NCBI GenBank assembly: GCA_002633005.1
Contig: NMRA01000136.1
Location: 2,593-63,655 of the forward strand
DNA: 61,063 nucleotides
Reading direction: 5' to 3'
Source: Phoronis australis
Taxonomy: Eukaryota; Animalia; Phoronida
The stretch's first letter is position 1. Every line of letters begins with the position of its first letter. The position numbers and the translations under genes were made by a program. This document shows, one piece after another, positions 25,114 to 38,583 of the stretch. The notes under the pieces were generated by a model. That model worked only from the letters and a program-made list of their open reading frames with translations. It was not told the origin of the DNA and did not search any database.

Positions 25114-27424
25114 AAAAATGACTAATAAAGTGAACTGACAAATCAAATCTCACAATTATTTGACTATAAAAAAATGCAACTGTTTTTGTTTGTTTCTATC
25201 GCAGGCGTGATTTTCCTAAGAACAATTACCACAGAATCAAAAAACAGACGCAAGATAAAAATAAAACGACAAAAATCCGCCTTCACACAGTACAACACTT
25301 GTTTGTCCCCGGAAAAGCGACGTTGAACTTCTGGTGGTTTAGTAGACAGGACAGACGCATCTGCAAAAGTAGTAATTCAAGGTTGGGTTCACGTTGCCTT
25401 AATACCACTTCCTCTAATCCATCGGCAGGTGCTGGACATATGTTGTTCTCTAAATCCGTTGCAATGTTTTTTGCAACTACAGTGTCGTGTCCAAATAGAA
25501 CCCTCTCAGTCCCACTTACAGTCTTGGTTCGTGTGAGCTTCGTACACCCTTCTATAAAATTAGAAATATGGATGACAGCAAAATGGTGAAGATTATCATT
25601 GTAATTCCCCTCTCAGCTTTGTCGCGTTGGTGTCGACAGTTACGTTAAGTCGTTCTCATTATGATTATAATTGATTATGACCGTAAGTGATAAAAAGTAA
25701 AGAACTCCCCCTCCTACGCCACCCCACACCCCTCCGAATGTATCGGTGCATGCAGTCCCAAGACCCTCCTTTCGGAAACAGAAAATATCAATGCTTTCTA
25801 GGGTTTCCCCAATTAAATTGAACATTGTCATTTTAAAAGTTTACTGTGACACTCAACTAAACGCCATCACTCACGGAAACTACAAAACAAGACAGCTAAA
25901 CCTAGAAAAATAGGTTAGTTTAAAATTGGGTAATATCTAAAAAATCAGTTTGGTTAAAACATTTTTAGTTGGAATATACTATTGGTAGTAAGAAATGCTA
26001 AATGTAGTACGCTTCTTTGAATAACATGGTTTTTATTTTCTTCAAGAATGATAGGTAGTTTTAATCATTCTGTATGCGACTGACTCTGGTCGATTCCAAA
26101 GTAGGAGTCAAAACAGGAAAACGCCCAGGCTCTCACCTGACTTAGTTTTTAAACGTGGTACGACGAATTTAAGGTTTAGCACTTTACAATACATAACATA
26201 GGCATGTGTGTTTGCTATAATGCTAAACGTAGACACGTACATAGAGTACACAGGGAATTTTAAACTGTTCCACTTTTGCAAGAGGATTACTAACAACATG
26301 ATTTATGTGATTTTCAGAAAAAAAATCTAAAGTTGCATAAAATTGAAGCGACATGAGAGAAAAGGCTTTTTGAGATCTAAGCTTGAACAAACATTCAACA
26401 AATTATGAAGTCATTGATAGCTTTATTTTGCTATCAATTAAACTGGCAACAAAAGAGGAAAGCATAGCTAAAACAAGGAAATGAATGGTTTATCGTTTCT
26501 TCCATAACACGTTCTCCTTTATTAAAAGTGTCATATTTCGAAACTTTCATGAAAGCTACATGGGACACACATAAAACAGAACAGGTTTTGGCTTCACTTG
26601 TTGAAAAAAGAAATACAACGCAGTTTTACATGTTTCAATGTTCAATAACCGCAAAAACCATCGGTTAAGCCTCTTCAAATTTTTATACTTCAGTTATGCA
26701 TGTTTTATATGTGGCACGCGAATGAGTTTTGCTTATGGTCCAAAATTGTTTGATCTGGTATGTTTACTAATTCACAGAAGAAATATTTATAATGCACGAC
26801 TCTGCTTTGTTAATAGGAGATCCAGCTTATTGTTTATTGTGTTTCTGTTTGTTTGCCAGGGAACCAAATTGCCATTACTAAAACCCAAGCATGTAGACAA
26901 AGCGGCTGTGACACCTGAACAGGTTGTTCTGAAGTTCTCACTGAGCCGAGTTTTTTTTTACAAACCCCGATTTTTGTGACGTTTCCGACTGTTTTTAATA
27001 TTATGTAATGCTTGATCCATTTTCGATGTCAATTGCGCAATTATTGTCAAATTTTTACAACAATTATCAGTTCATCTTTAAGATTGTCGGCGCACTCGGT
27101 CGGTCAACATAAAACACCGTGATACAGAATAAACAATTTGGTAGGACGAAACCTATAGTTAAGGCAACTGCGTACACAAATTCCTTTTCATAATTTCTCT
27201 TTTGATCGACAACTGGAAATACTCAATGCCGTCGATTGACTAAATAAAACATTCAATATTCAGTTGCCAACGTGTTTTTACATTTCATAATTATATGGGA
27301 ATTACAAATTATTATCGGTACATACGTCTACGGAAGACCACCACTGATCACGTGGCATCTGCTGTTCAGGTGGTCTGGTGTCTTTTGCGGTGCATCTGAC
27401 ATGTGGAGACCGACGTATACAGTG

Positions 27425-27677
27425 CATGCGCGCACCCAGCCTAAAAATGGGATACTCGAATGTTTGAGAATGTGGACCTTTTACTAAAAACGAAGTAAGT
27501 TTAGAGCTGAGTGAATTGTGCGTTCGCCGAATTTTGATAGTTCCTGCCGTTCTAGTGGACTTATGTCTCGTTATCTTGGACTTTTTATTTCTCCGAAGCG
27601 GACATTTTTGTCCACTTCGCTAAATGGGGGATCGTTCGAGTCCACCGAGCTCCGCTCTCACCCTGGGTGCGTGCATG
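27425..27677. mobile_element. MITE with 5-bp TSD (copy 2, opposite orientation)
   Basis: TIRs CATGCGCGCACCCAG...CTGGGTGCGTGCATG; TSD CAGTG at 27420-27424 and 27678-27682. Confidence 0.85.
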
Positions 27678-28640
27678 CAGTGGTCGGATCCATTGTACGA
27701 AACACCTGACTAAAGTGACTTTAGGATAACAATGGATCGTTTTGGCCGTATTTAGAGGGTAGGCCTCGATTAATAATACAACGCCTGGGCCTAAGCATGC
27801 GCCCGGTATAAAATTGATTTACACACTTGTACTCTTCAAATTTCGTTTTATTTACAAGTACTTATCAATTAGTTGTCATTTAATTCATAAAAAGATGAAG
27901 AATGCTGTGCCGAAGTTTTTTTTTCTACTACCATCTGCGCAATAGAGTTGTTGACATTGATGGACACAATCAGTGACAACGCACTGAAAGCTATAGTCTA
28001 GACGCATTTCAACAAGAGTCCTGTTTAATAGTCCGGTCCCTTAGCAGCCAAAAACCCCAAAACATTTACACCCCGGATTAAAGCACCAAATTTGGTACAC
28101 AGATACTTTGGGACACGCTGAATCTCATGGGGGTCGGTTGCCCGAAATTTGAGGTCAAGGTCAAGGTCAAATCAAGGTCAAAGGTCATGTGGGTAATTTT
28201 TTGAAATGGCTTCAGACAAAATATCTGTTTCATTACTGTTTCAGGTGATAAGCAGGAGGCTTTATTTTGATTTAAAATTAATGTTAATAACTTGTACAAA
28301 TAAGTTAAAAGTAAAAAAGTAATTTTCCTGACACTTACGATGGTAATTATCCTAATTAATATAGCATATACATTTTCAATGAAAAATAAGTCTAATTGTT
28401 TTCTCTGGCTGAGAAAAACTGTCAAACTAGTATGAATATGCATTAAATCAACTCTAGAATGTTTTACCTTTAACAGAAATTCATTTTTAAATGTTTTTGT
28501 TACAATATTTATGGTTAATTATGTAACAAATTGTCTCCGAAATTAAAAGGAAATCGGACATCTTGCTAAATTTTCAAAGAACAATTGCTGAAACTTTTAT
28601 CATCATTTTTAATTTGATCATAGCTGAAGGTAACTTTGTT

Positions 28641-28865
28641 NNNNNNNNNNNNNNNNNNNNNNNNNNNNNNNNNNNNNNNNNNNNNNNNNNNNNNNNNNNN
28701 NNNNNNNNNNNNNNNNNNNNNNNNNNNNNNNNNNNNNNNNNNNNNNNNNNNNNNNNNNNNNNNNNNNNNNNNNNNNNNNNNNNNNNNNNNNNNNNNNNNN
28801 NNNNNNNNNNNNNNNNNNNNNNNNNNNNNNNNNNNNNNNNNNNNNNNNNNNNNNNNNNNNNNNNN
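28641..28865. other. Assembly gap
   Basis: Run of N. Confidence 1.
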
Positions 28866-29200
28866 ATACTGATGTTGCGGTCGTTTTTATTGGTGTTTTG
28901 ATTAGTTTAAGGCTTTGCAGCCAGCAATTCTAGTACAGGTAGTGGTTAAAGCTGGAAAGAACGCGCGGTAGCTCATTGCCAGTAGCGTGTTTGACCAGCT
29001 TGGGTACGATTTGTGTGTAGCTCTACCAGTTTCATGCCTTAACAGGGTCGGACACAACATCCCAGTTCTATGGAGAAGGAAAGAAAACAGCATGGAAGAC
29101 ATGGAAAGCTAACCCTGAAGCTACTCAGGCATTCTCATGCCGGCAATTTTAATTTCTTTCAAAAACTCACCATCGACAGTCAGGAGTTCAAAACAAATGA
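28866..29200 (+). pseudogene. Academ XPG/PIN-like domain fragment
   Basis: TDVAVV...ALP/FHALTGSDTTSQFYGEGKKTAWKTW (H3TH-type motif). Confidence 0.8.
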
Positions 29201-29763
29201 CATTTACATGTCTCGTTTATCATCGAAAAGCCGAAACCAGCCAGGTCAATACTTTACAAAAGGAGCTTTCCCCCAAAAGTTCAGATCATGCCGGCAGAGG
29301 GGTCCAGAGGGGTTTGGATGGCAGAGAGACACAGACCAATTGTAGTTGGTTAGTTAAATTTTGGCCGCCATATTGGATTTATGCAAATGAGGGGTTTTCA
29401 TATTATAAGGAAAATATATTGCAATGTCATTTTGATAGATTTCTAGTTAAGAAAGTACCATTACCTAGCCTTAAAATGTGTGATCACCTCTTTAAGCAAC
29501 CAAAGATGTGTTACTTGGCGGACATTTTGTTTTTTCAAGATTTGACCTTGACCCTGACCTCAAAATTTGGGCAACCGACCCCCATGAGATTCAGCATGTC
29601 AAAAAGTACCAGTGTGCCAAACTTCTTGCTTTAATCCGAGGTGTAAACGTTTTCGGGTTAAGGGCCTGGACTAGTGTCTGTCCGTCCGTCCGAGGAACTG
29701 GAAGACGCAAAATATTCAGTAACAGTTCACGGACACATAATTCGCAAAGTAGAACGAATTTAA

Positions 29764-31032
29764 AGGAGTAGGCAACCTTTTTTCATGTCATTTTTAGCAA
29801 AAATAGGGTTCGTTGATTATCCCAGAATTATTTTTCATTTATTTACAGCTTTTCGTATTTTAATTAATTACTCGTCGTCTACTCCGGAAGTGACGTTTTG
29901 GGAGGCACGAATTTCGCGCCAGTTTCTTTTCATACAGTCTGACTGTGAGAACAGTCGAGTCAGTCATTGTTCTATCTCGGTTGTGATAAGTTCGGTCGTC
30001 GTTTGCTTTTGTTTAGGAGTCAGTCAACATGCCACGCTGTTGTTGCCTACCGAAATGTACTCCCTATCATCTCACGTACAGAGGAAGAACTGTCCCACTT
30101 GCCCGAGTGTCCCGCGACACACTCCCTGTGGATGGTAACTTGAGCACCCAAACTGCTTACATCCCGCCGTGCTACTCCCTCGTCACACACGTAGCACCTT
30201 CTAAATAGCTCCAATACAAGTCCACAATAAATTTATCAAACTTAGGCTCACCGATCTGTTCATTTGATGACGAACTGTCATTTTCACTAGGTGTCAAACT
30301 GGGCCTGTATTCACTCCCACTACTCAACATCGCGCAGGGCTGCTTACAAGCTGTGGGCTAGAGACAACAGCACACGGGGAATCACTGCTCGTTCCTGGAA
30401 TTGCACGCTCTGGGGTACGTTCGGAGGCATGGGTGACAGTAGATGAAGTGCCTGCAGTCACTGTTTATAGTGGCCACAGCTCGCGAGGCTTCTCGCTTCA
30501 AAAACGCACTTCTGGGGGGTGGCGACGGGGCACTGCCGGGAATCAACAGTGACGGTATGGAGCCCTTCTTCAGGCGTTGTTTCGCAGGGACCTTCATGAA
30601 TTCAGCGTACATATCTCTGTCGTAATCTGACGGCTGAAAATGCTTGCCACTGCTTTGTACGTTGCGTGAACGGGTAGCGCTGCGAAGTGTGTCATCCTTC
30701 GGAAAGCGATTCAAGGTACCCAAAGCGCGATAATGTGTACATCCTAGTACGCAGCAACAGCGTGGCATTCTGACTGACTTGTAAACAAAAGCAAACGACG
30801 ACCGAACCTATCACATCCGAGGTAGAACAATGACTGACTAGACAGCTCTCACAGTCTGACTGTATGAAAAGAAATTGGCACGAAATTCTTGCCTCCCAAA
30901 ACATCACTTCCAGAGTAGAGGACGCAAAATTAATTAAATTACGAAAAGCTGTAATTAAGTGAAAAATATGTCTGGGATAATCAACAGACCTTATTTTTGC
31001 TAAAAGTGACATGAAAAAGGTTGCCTTCGCCT
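29764..31032 (-). mobile_element. Kolobok derivative with two THAP-bearing left ends (~300-bp inverted repeats)
   Basis: TTAA flanks at 29760-29763 and 31033-31036. 29764-30060 is an inverted copy of ~30737-31032, including ATGCCACGCTGTTG. Confidence 0.85.
30060..30768 (-). pseudogene. Kolobok transposase N-terminus (THAP plus zinc ribbon), truncated
   Basis: MPRCCCVLGC...RFPKD...KHFQPSDY...RLKKGSIPS, then KFIV...ELFRRCYVC...CVAGHSGKWDS. Confidence 0.8.
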
Positions 31033-31036
31033 TTAA

Positions 31037-31244
31037 GGTAAATTGCAAGCAAAACTGCAAATGACAGAAAATGTTACCTTAACGATGTCTTGAGACTCGC
31101 GCAGTGACTAGAACACATCTGACAAGTGTGACAATATTTGCAAGAGTGCCTGAACGTACAGTATAACCTGGGCTCAGTCTCAACGACTTGAGCGCACTCG
31201 GTCATTCATAAACAAAATAGTAGGCGGAGCTAACTTCATTCACA
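31037..31244 (-). repeat. Start of the BEL 3' LTR, probably continuing leftward beneath the Kolobok and Academ insertions
   Basis: PPT-like TTTGAGGGGCGC followed by TGTGAATG on the minus strand, just downstream of integrase. No second LTR is available for comparison. Confidence 0.45.
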
Positions 31245-34200
31245 GCGCCCCTCAAATAAGTTAAACTTACTTTAATTATACAAATCAAGCAGATATAATC
31301 AAGAATCAATACAATACATGTACAAATCGATATGGTATATCATAACTTGCACGTGCGAGAACTTAACTGTACCACCATTCTGCCAATGAATCAGTCACAA
31401 TTCTGGAGCAAAACAATCAACTTATGCACTAGACGCTCAATCGACTTAACGCCATTAGTACGCTTGCCCTTGGCATCCAATCGAGGATCACCAACAGTCA
31501 GTCTAGCAGAGCGAACTAAACCATCCTTACTAAGATTGGCATCACAAACTCTGGCCGATCTCCACTCGTTCCTGGGCAAGTTATCATCTTCAACTATTAC
31601 AATATCACCAATCTTAACATTAGTCGTTGGTTTGGTCCATTTTTGTCTCTTTTGGAGACTCGACAAATACTCGGATTTCCAACGAGACCAAAACACATCT
31701 GTTAAATGTTGCACTCGCCTCCACATATTTGTGGAGTACATATCAGCTGACTCAAATGCGCCAGGGGTCGACATCAAAACTTTAGATTTCAATGTCAAGA
31801 GATGGTTTGGGGTGAGAGGCTCTAAGGACAATGGGTCATTAAGATTATCAACAGACAGAGGTCGACGGTTGACAATCGAAGTTACTTCAAACTTCAAAGT
31901 TCTCAATGATTCATCGTCTAGTTGAGAGCTACTTTGATCTAACATGGAAGACAGTACACATCTAATGGTACGAATCTGTCTCTCCCAGATGCCGCCCATG
32001 TGGCTGGCATGAGGTACATTCATCTTAAAAACAGTATGGTCGCAACCCTTCTTCAATAGAAAGTGCGGGTTAATCTGATCAATACCAAGTTCGTTAATCA
32101 CAGTCTTAAGCTCATTCAGAGCGCCAACAAAATTGGTTCCTTGGTCGGAATGCAAAAGTCGAACTGAGCCTCTCAACGCCGAAAAACGTCTAAATGCATT
32201 GATGAAGCAATCAGTAGTAAGATCATTGCATAGCTCAATATGGATAGCTTTCGACGACATACATACGAAAACACAAGCCCAACGTTTAACTGACTTACGA
32301 CCACTCTTAACATACCAAGGACCAAAATAATCAACTCCACAATATGTAAAAGGTGGCGAGGGCTCTAATCATTCCTCGGGCAAATCAGCCATCTTCTGTA
32401 CGCAAGTGATAGAACTGAGCTTTCTGCAAGTAAGGGAATTATGTATAAACTGTGAAAAAGCAGCACTACAACCAATAATCCAATAACCGTTGGATGTGGA
32501 TCGTATTTCGTTAGTAGTTAAACCACGACCTTGGTGCTGAACTTGTTCATGAAAGTGTTTAATAAGCAATTGGGTAACATGATGCTTACGTGACAAAATA
32601 ACAGGGTGCTTGAAGTCACGTGACATCTTACCACGTTTAATTCGACCACCTACGCGCAGAACGCCATCTGTACCTAATAATGGGTCCAACGGAAGTAACG
32701 GGCTAGATCTCTTTAACGCTCGGTAAGTAGAGCTTAAAAGAGTAGAAATATCTGCTTCAAAAGCATTTCTCTGGACCGATTCGATAATTTCAACTTCGGC
32801 CGTTTGAAGATCGTGCACTGTAATAGACATGCCAACGTTAGCATTACTCGAGCGATTTCTCAGTCTAGACTTGAGCTTCATAAAATTGGCAATAGCTCTT
32901 CTGGCTCTGAACCAATCAGAAAATCCTTCAAATCGATCAGACTCAAGAAACTGCGGGAACTGTGCGTCCAGAGTCGCTAGTGATTTCACTCGTTTAACTT
33001 CGGGGTCATGGTTAGAGAGAAGCACATATGAAATGTCAAAATCATGCGAGAGAAAGTCATCATTCTATAAAAAAACTAGGGCCTGAAAACCATTCAGAAC
33101 GACCACCAAAATTACTGGAATCGATACCCCTTGGAGCCAAATCGGTCGGGTTTTCGACAGTGCTAACGTGTTTCCATTGAGAGGGATCACTGTGTTCCCG
33201 TATTTGCTGGACTCGATTGGCAACAAAAACTTTGAACCATTTGGCGTAGTTCTGGATGCAACCAATTGTAATCTGACTATCTGCCAATAAAAAATTCCTT
33301 GAAGTTGTCGTACTCTAGTTCTTTCACTAGAATAGACCTGATCTTAACAGCTAATACAGCGGCTGTCAATTCAAGTCTGGCTACAGTAACTGGTCGTAAA
33401 GGCACAACTCTGTCTTTTGGCCATAACTAAGGCACAGTGAATCTCATCTTTAGAATTGATCAGACGGAGGTAGGAACATTCCCCATAGCCAACATTACAA
33501 GCATCAGAGAAACTATGTAATTGTACTGACACAATGTCACCAAAAGCCAGTGGTTTATAACACCTTTCGATTTTCAAACTCTCTAACTCTTGAAGACTAT
33601 TTCTCCATAGTTCCCACTGGGCCTTAAACCATCTGGAAAGGAAAAACCCCAGTCTACATGATCACTACAGAGTTGTTGCAAGATTTGCTTCCCTCGTGAA
33701 ACGAAAGGAGCAAGTAAACCTAATGGGTCATACACTGAAGATACAATGGCTAAAATACCTCGTCTGGACAGTGGCTTATCTTGCAGAGTAATTCTAAATT
33801 GTAAAGTGTCCGATTCAACACACCAATGCACGCCGAGTGCTCTTTCCAGTGGAAGCTTGTCGTGCGAGAGTTTCACATCATTTGGTTGACTTGAGCGATC
33901 ATTAGGATCAAGTGATTCCATCACTGTTTTAGAGTTGGACATAAACTTGTGAAATCTTAATCCACCTTTAGCGCATAGTGCCTTGGTGTTTTCAATCAAA
34001 GTAACCACTTCCTCGTCAGTCGGCACTGATACGAGTCCGTCGTCCACATAAAAATTTCTGTGAACAAATTTAGCGGCGTCGGGACCAAATTCACATTCAT
34101 ATTTTGAGGCATTAAATTTGAGCCCAAAATTTGCACATCCTGGAGAAGAGGTGGCCCCGAACAAATGCACTGTCATACGATACTCAGAGGGTTCAAAATC

Positions 34201-37200
34201 TATATTACCATCCTCTCACCACAAAGACCTAAAAAAGGTTATATGCCCCTGGTGTACGTGGAACTGACGGAACATTGCTTCAATGTCGCATATAAGGGCT
34301 ACCCTGTCTTGTCTAAATCGACAGAGCACACCAATTAAGGTGTTTATCAGATTAGGTCCAGATAATAAATGATCATTGAGGGATACTTCTCGAAACTTGG
34401 CGCTGCAGTCAAAAACTACTCTCAATTTATTAGGCTTCTTGGCATGAAAAAAGCCATGATGGGGTATGTAGTTAACGGAACCGTTTTCCAGCTCAAGCTC
34501 AGTAATCGGAACCTTTTCTGCAAATCCCTTATCAAAAAGATTATTCATAAAATCAACGTACTGTTGCTTATACTTGGAGTCAGACTTTAGACGTCTTTCG
34601 AATGATTTCAGACGTCGGAGTGCCAATTGCCTGTTATCAGGAAGTGAAGGTTCAGTGACCCTAAATGGCAGTGGCATTTCGTAGTGTCCATCTAACCTCT
34701 GGTGAACAACATGTTCTAAGATATTCAAAAACCTTAAGTCCTCTTGAGAGACTGAATCAATGGTAGACCTCTCGCAAAAATCTAGCTCAAGCATTTCAAT
34801 AATATCATCCGTAGGTATTTCCTTTACGCTGTTAGTGCTGTCAATCGGTTTATGAGAATCGCCTGTGCTCAGGAAAGAACTAACGGGAGCATCACAAGAA
34901 AGAACTCGAAGGCTTGTGCCGATCAGGTCACAGTCAATTTCTGAGTCATCTACTTGTTTAGAGTTAACTAAACCAACAATGCCTCATCCCAAAGAGGTCT
35001 CTTGGCCATACGGGCCACTATCGTTAGGGGAGGCTATAACCCTTTTGGGCATTAACGCATCTGGGCAACTGTATCCGATCAACAGTTCAATGTCGTAGTC
35101 ACGAGGTAGCCTTAATTTGTCAGCAATGACACTCAAATGGCCACTTTTTAGCCAATTCGGGGCTCGGATTATTAGACCTGTTTGCAGGAATTAATTCCCT
35201 TGAAAAACGAGTGGACTAGGAGATTTTCTGAGAATGGTTAAACCCACGTACGACAAGTCCATTAAAACTTTTGGCATTAATTTTCAAGTTATTTGCAGTC
35301 ATGGTAGACAACCACACTCTAGATTCAGTACCCTGTACATCACGCTCATTACAGGTATCCTGAGAAACGAAACAAGTATCTGATTGGGTGTCTAATAGCA
35401 CATAAACAAGCACCTCTTTATCAGGAACATTACTTTGTGAAACCCGAACTGGAATAATCAAAGAACTTGCACTAACGTTTTTAGAGCCATTAAGATGGAC
35501 AATATCACAAACAGCATTGTCATCGAAAGTTTTACAATCGTCTGCAAGTTTCGACTGTTTGACTTCACCTTGAAGGTATGTTGGATGAGATTTTTGACGA
35601 GTCTTACAAGTCAGTCGGGCTCTACATTGTTTTGAACGGTGGCCCTTGCGCAAACATCCGAAGCAAAGTTGTGTGTCCCCTTCCCCTTTTTAGCGTCTCA
35701 GCCTGAAAATTGGGGCACTCGTACAAAATGTGAGCTTGATCACAGGAAAAGCATTTTGCAGAATTTACTTTAGGTAGTCTTGGTGCGTTCGTTTTAAATG
35801 AACTGGTACTCTGTTGTCTCAAACCCTTCGAAAAGCTGTTATCTGATTGAGAATTCGAAGATTTAACAGACTGCAATGATGAAAACGGGTGACAAGCTAT
35901 ATTTGCCTCTTTGGCAATAAATCTTTGAAACTCGGGAAAAAGTGGAGAGCCTCTGCCCCTTTCACGCCAGTCATCAAGGATTCTACTCCAGCGGGCCACA
36001 AGGTAGTCTGATAGTTTCATAACCAGTTTTCTGTTCTCACGACAATCATTTAATATATCTAAATTGCCTACAGCATGCATAGCTTACTCACATTTTTTTC
36101 AAAAAATCAGAAAACTCGCGGAGAGCAAGGCCGTCGCGTGCCGGAATTTTATTCCAAGGGTCTAGTTTATCCCTAAATGCGTTTACAATTACAAAGGGGT
36201 CGCCGTAGCGTTCTTCTAAGAGCTTCTTAGCCTCTGCATACATGTAAGCTAGGTGGGGTGTCAAAAACAAATAACTGTCGACCGCCTTTTTGGCAGGACC
36301 AGACTGATATTTTCCCAAATAATAAATTCTCTCTGTTTCTGGAATGGACTTATTATTAATTAGCGACTCAAAGGCGCATTTCTACCCTGGATATTTTAAC
36401 GGATCACCGTCAAAGATAGTAGGCTCAGGTAACGGAAGACGTCCTAGAATAATTTGCTCCGCAAACTTGGCAAACACACTGACTGAATCGTGAACCACAG
36501 AAGTAGTATTTCCAACAGTCTCATAACTGTAGTGATTGGGAGAAACAATGGGCGTGTTCGCTAAGCTGTGACACGTCTGACTTTGCCCACCCGCATAAAC
36601 AGGACTGCTAACATGAAGAGCAGTTGAATTGCTAGTAAAAGTAAATGATTGGCGTCTGTGCAAAATTTGGCATAAATTCCTTAACATCAGGATTTAGCTT
36701 AGCATCACCATTTGGCAGAGTAGGGTTTACATGAATATCGCACGAGTTTACATATTCCTGTACGAAGTCTTTACTATCGTCAGCTTCAGGTAAGTCGAAA
36801 CTACCAGTATTACTAGAACACAGACTATTAGCATCATTTGTTACATGAGATTCAGCCTTAGCTGCACTCAGCTTTTTCAGAGTTTTTAGTTTTTTCAGTT
36901 GAAGTTAAGCAATAGCAATTTTACTTTCCTGCCCAATAGCTTGTAATTCGAATTCCAACTTTTCCACTTTCGCATGAGGCTTTTTGGAACTGACCGAGGA
37001 CTTTGACTTTTTCGTGGACTTGTTAGAATGCACCATGGTCGTCTTCTTGTTAGTCAGGAACCCAGAGACACCAATTGACTTTTTCTTCACGGTCGGCGGC
37101 TCGCTCCCGAAGTGGCTCATTGTCTTCTTCACGGTCGGCGGCTAGCTCCCGAAGTGGCTCATTGTCTTCTTCACGGTCGGCGGCTAGCTCCCGAAGTGGC

Positions 37201-37249
37201 TCATTGTCTTCTTCACGGTCGGTAGTGGTTTGCTCCCATAGTAACTCAT
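31245..37249 (-). mobile_element. BEL/Pao LTR retrotransposon internal region (decayed gag-pol)
   Basis: Gag (PEPTIFDGDPLKY, three Cys/His knuckles), protease LLDTQS, RT (LRVVFDCS, HLFGATSSP, FYVDD), RNase H LHSFSDA, integrase (SDQGTNF, GGIWERQIR), C-terminal FWSRWKSEYL. Many stops and frameshifts. Confidence 0.93.
37083..37249 (-). repeat. 42-bp tandem repeat (4 copies) at the putative gag start
   Basis: Units start at 37083, 37125, 37167 and 37209; they translate as PPTVKKTMSHFGS(E/*). Confidence 0.9.
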
Positions 37250-37263
37250 GTTGAAAAGACTAT

Positions 37264-38422
37264 CCGTCGATTTCATAAAGGTGGTTTAAAAAGCCAGGTT
37301 TAAGTCTTAAACCTGGTCTTCCTACACCTGGTCTAATTTTAGACTCAATTTGCATTTCACCAACGTGGTTTAAAAGTCTGAAGGCCTGGTTTTGTTAGAA
37401 CAGGGAGCCGGTTTAATAAAACCAGGTTTAAAGTATCTAAGCCACCCTGCTGTCACGATCTGGATTAACCCAATAAAGAAACTATTGAAGTGCTTCAATG
37501 AAACCTTGATCGCGTGGGTATACAATGGCACACACTAGTAGAATCAGTGCATACATTTGCGAAAAAGGTGTAAAAATTTTTCTCATGAGGAAAAGTGTAA
37601 TGTGTGTGACCAACACACGTATACACTCATTAAAGTACATGCTCACGATTAGCTGTAATATCATAAATGGCCAAAATTATTTCCGTGCCATATTAGTGTT
37701 TATTTTTCGCGGCCAAAGGGGGAGCAAGTCCCCTTCCCGGCAAAATTAAATCGGAGACCAATGGAGGTGGAACTCAGAAGAATCAGAAAATGCTGTCTTC
37801 AGTCAAACCCGTAGCGCTTATGACGATGACGCCCTGCTCGACCAGTCGTATTCTGAAGAATCTGCAGGACTCTATCCAGCACGAACTGGTCTGCACATAG
37901 GTGGATCCAAATGGATCAAGGGGTCCGGACTCCATTTTTGCTTGATTTTAGTGAGATCAAATCTATAATTTTCAAATTGTTGACTTGGTCCCCCCTTTTA
38001 AAAGTTCTCGACCGACCCCCTCCCCTTAAAAGTCGTGGATCCGCCCCTGCTTCGTTTGATCTTGTGTCGTCGTAAAACTGAATTTTGAAAAAGTTCCATT
38101 TTCGCTCTAAAACTGCGTCGTAAATGCACACCGCCTCATTCAGTTGCACCTATATCATGCAAGTCGTTATATTTAACAGTTAAACCTAGGTCTGACCAAG
38201 TCTAAAGTTAAACCTGGTTTGAGATCTTAATACAGGTCTAAAGAATATAGACTTCGTTGGTAAAATGAAAACTGACTTAGACCAGATCTAAATTGGAGTT
38301 AAACCAGGTTTTACTAGACCAATGGTCTAAACGTTAAGCCACCTTTATGAAATGCAGATTATCTTTAAGCCTGGTCTAAGTCCAGTTTAAACCAGGTTAA
38401 ACCACCTTTATGAAATCGGCTG
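37264..38422. mobile_element. Non-autonomous TIR element (PIF/Harbinger-like)
   Basis: TIRs C(C/A)G(T/C)CGATTTCATAAAGGTGGTTT; 3-bp TAT on both flanks; subterminal AAACCAGG/CCTGGTTT arrays. Confidence 0.75.
37896..38049. mobile_element. Small hAT-like MITE nested in the previous element
   Basis: Termini CATAGGTGGATCCA / TGGATCCGCCCCTG; no clear TSD. Confidence 0.5.
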
Positions 38423-38583
38423 TATAAGTCTAAGTGATGTGGCTCAATTTCGGGAGTGCCGACCATTTTAGTCAAAGTCATGCGAGGAGGCATTTTGAGA
38501 AGTTTGAACCAATACGTGATCCCGGCAACATAGTCATTAGTAAATAACGGCAACCGCCGACATGCGCTCGGTGCAGCATTGTT

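Larger units (their letters stand above)
28029..29673 (+). mobile_element. Academ DNA transposon, internally deleted (spans an assembly gap)
   Basis: ~140-bp TIRs starting TAGTCC(G/A)G with AAGGTC subterminal repeats; contains an XPG-like nuclease fragment. Confidence 0.8.

Noticed and set aside
31332-31925. 197-aa plus-strand ORF
   Set aside because: Antisense shadow of the BEL integrase.
37083-37249. CRISPR-like array
   Set aside because: The units are contiguous and near-identical with no unique spacers; the context is eukaryotic with no cas genes.
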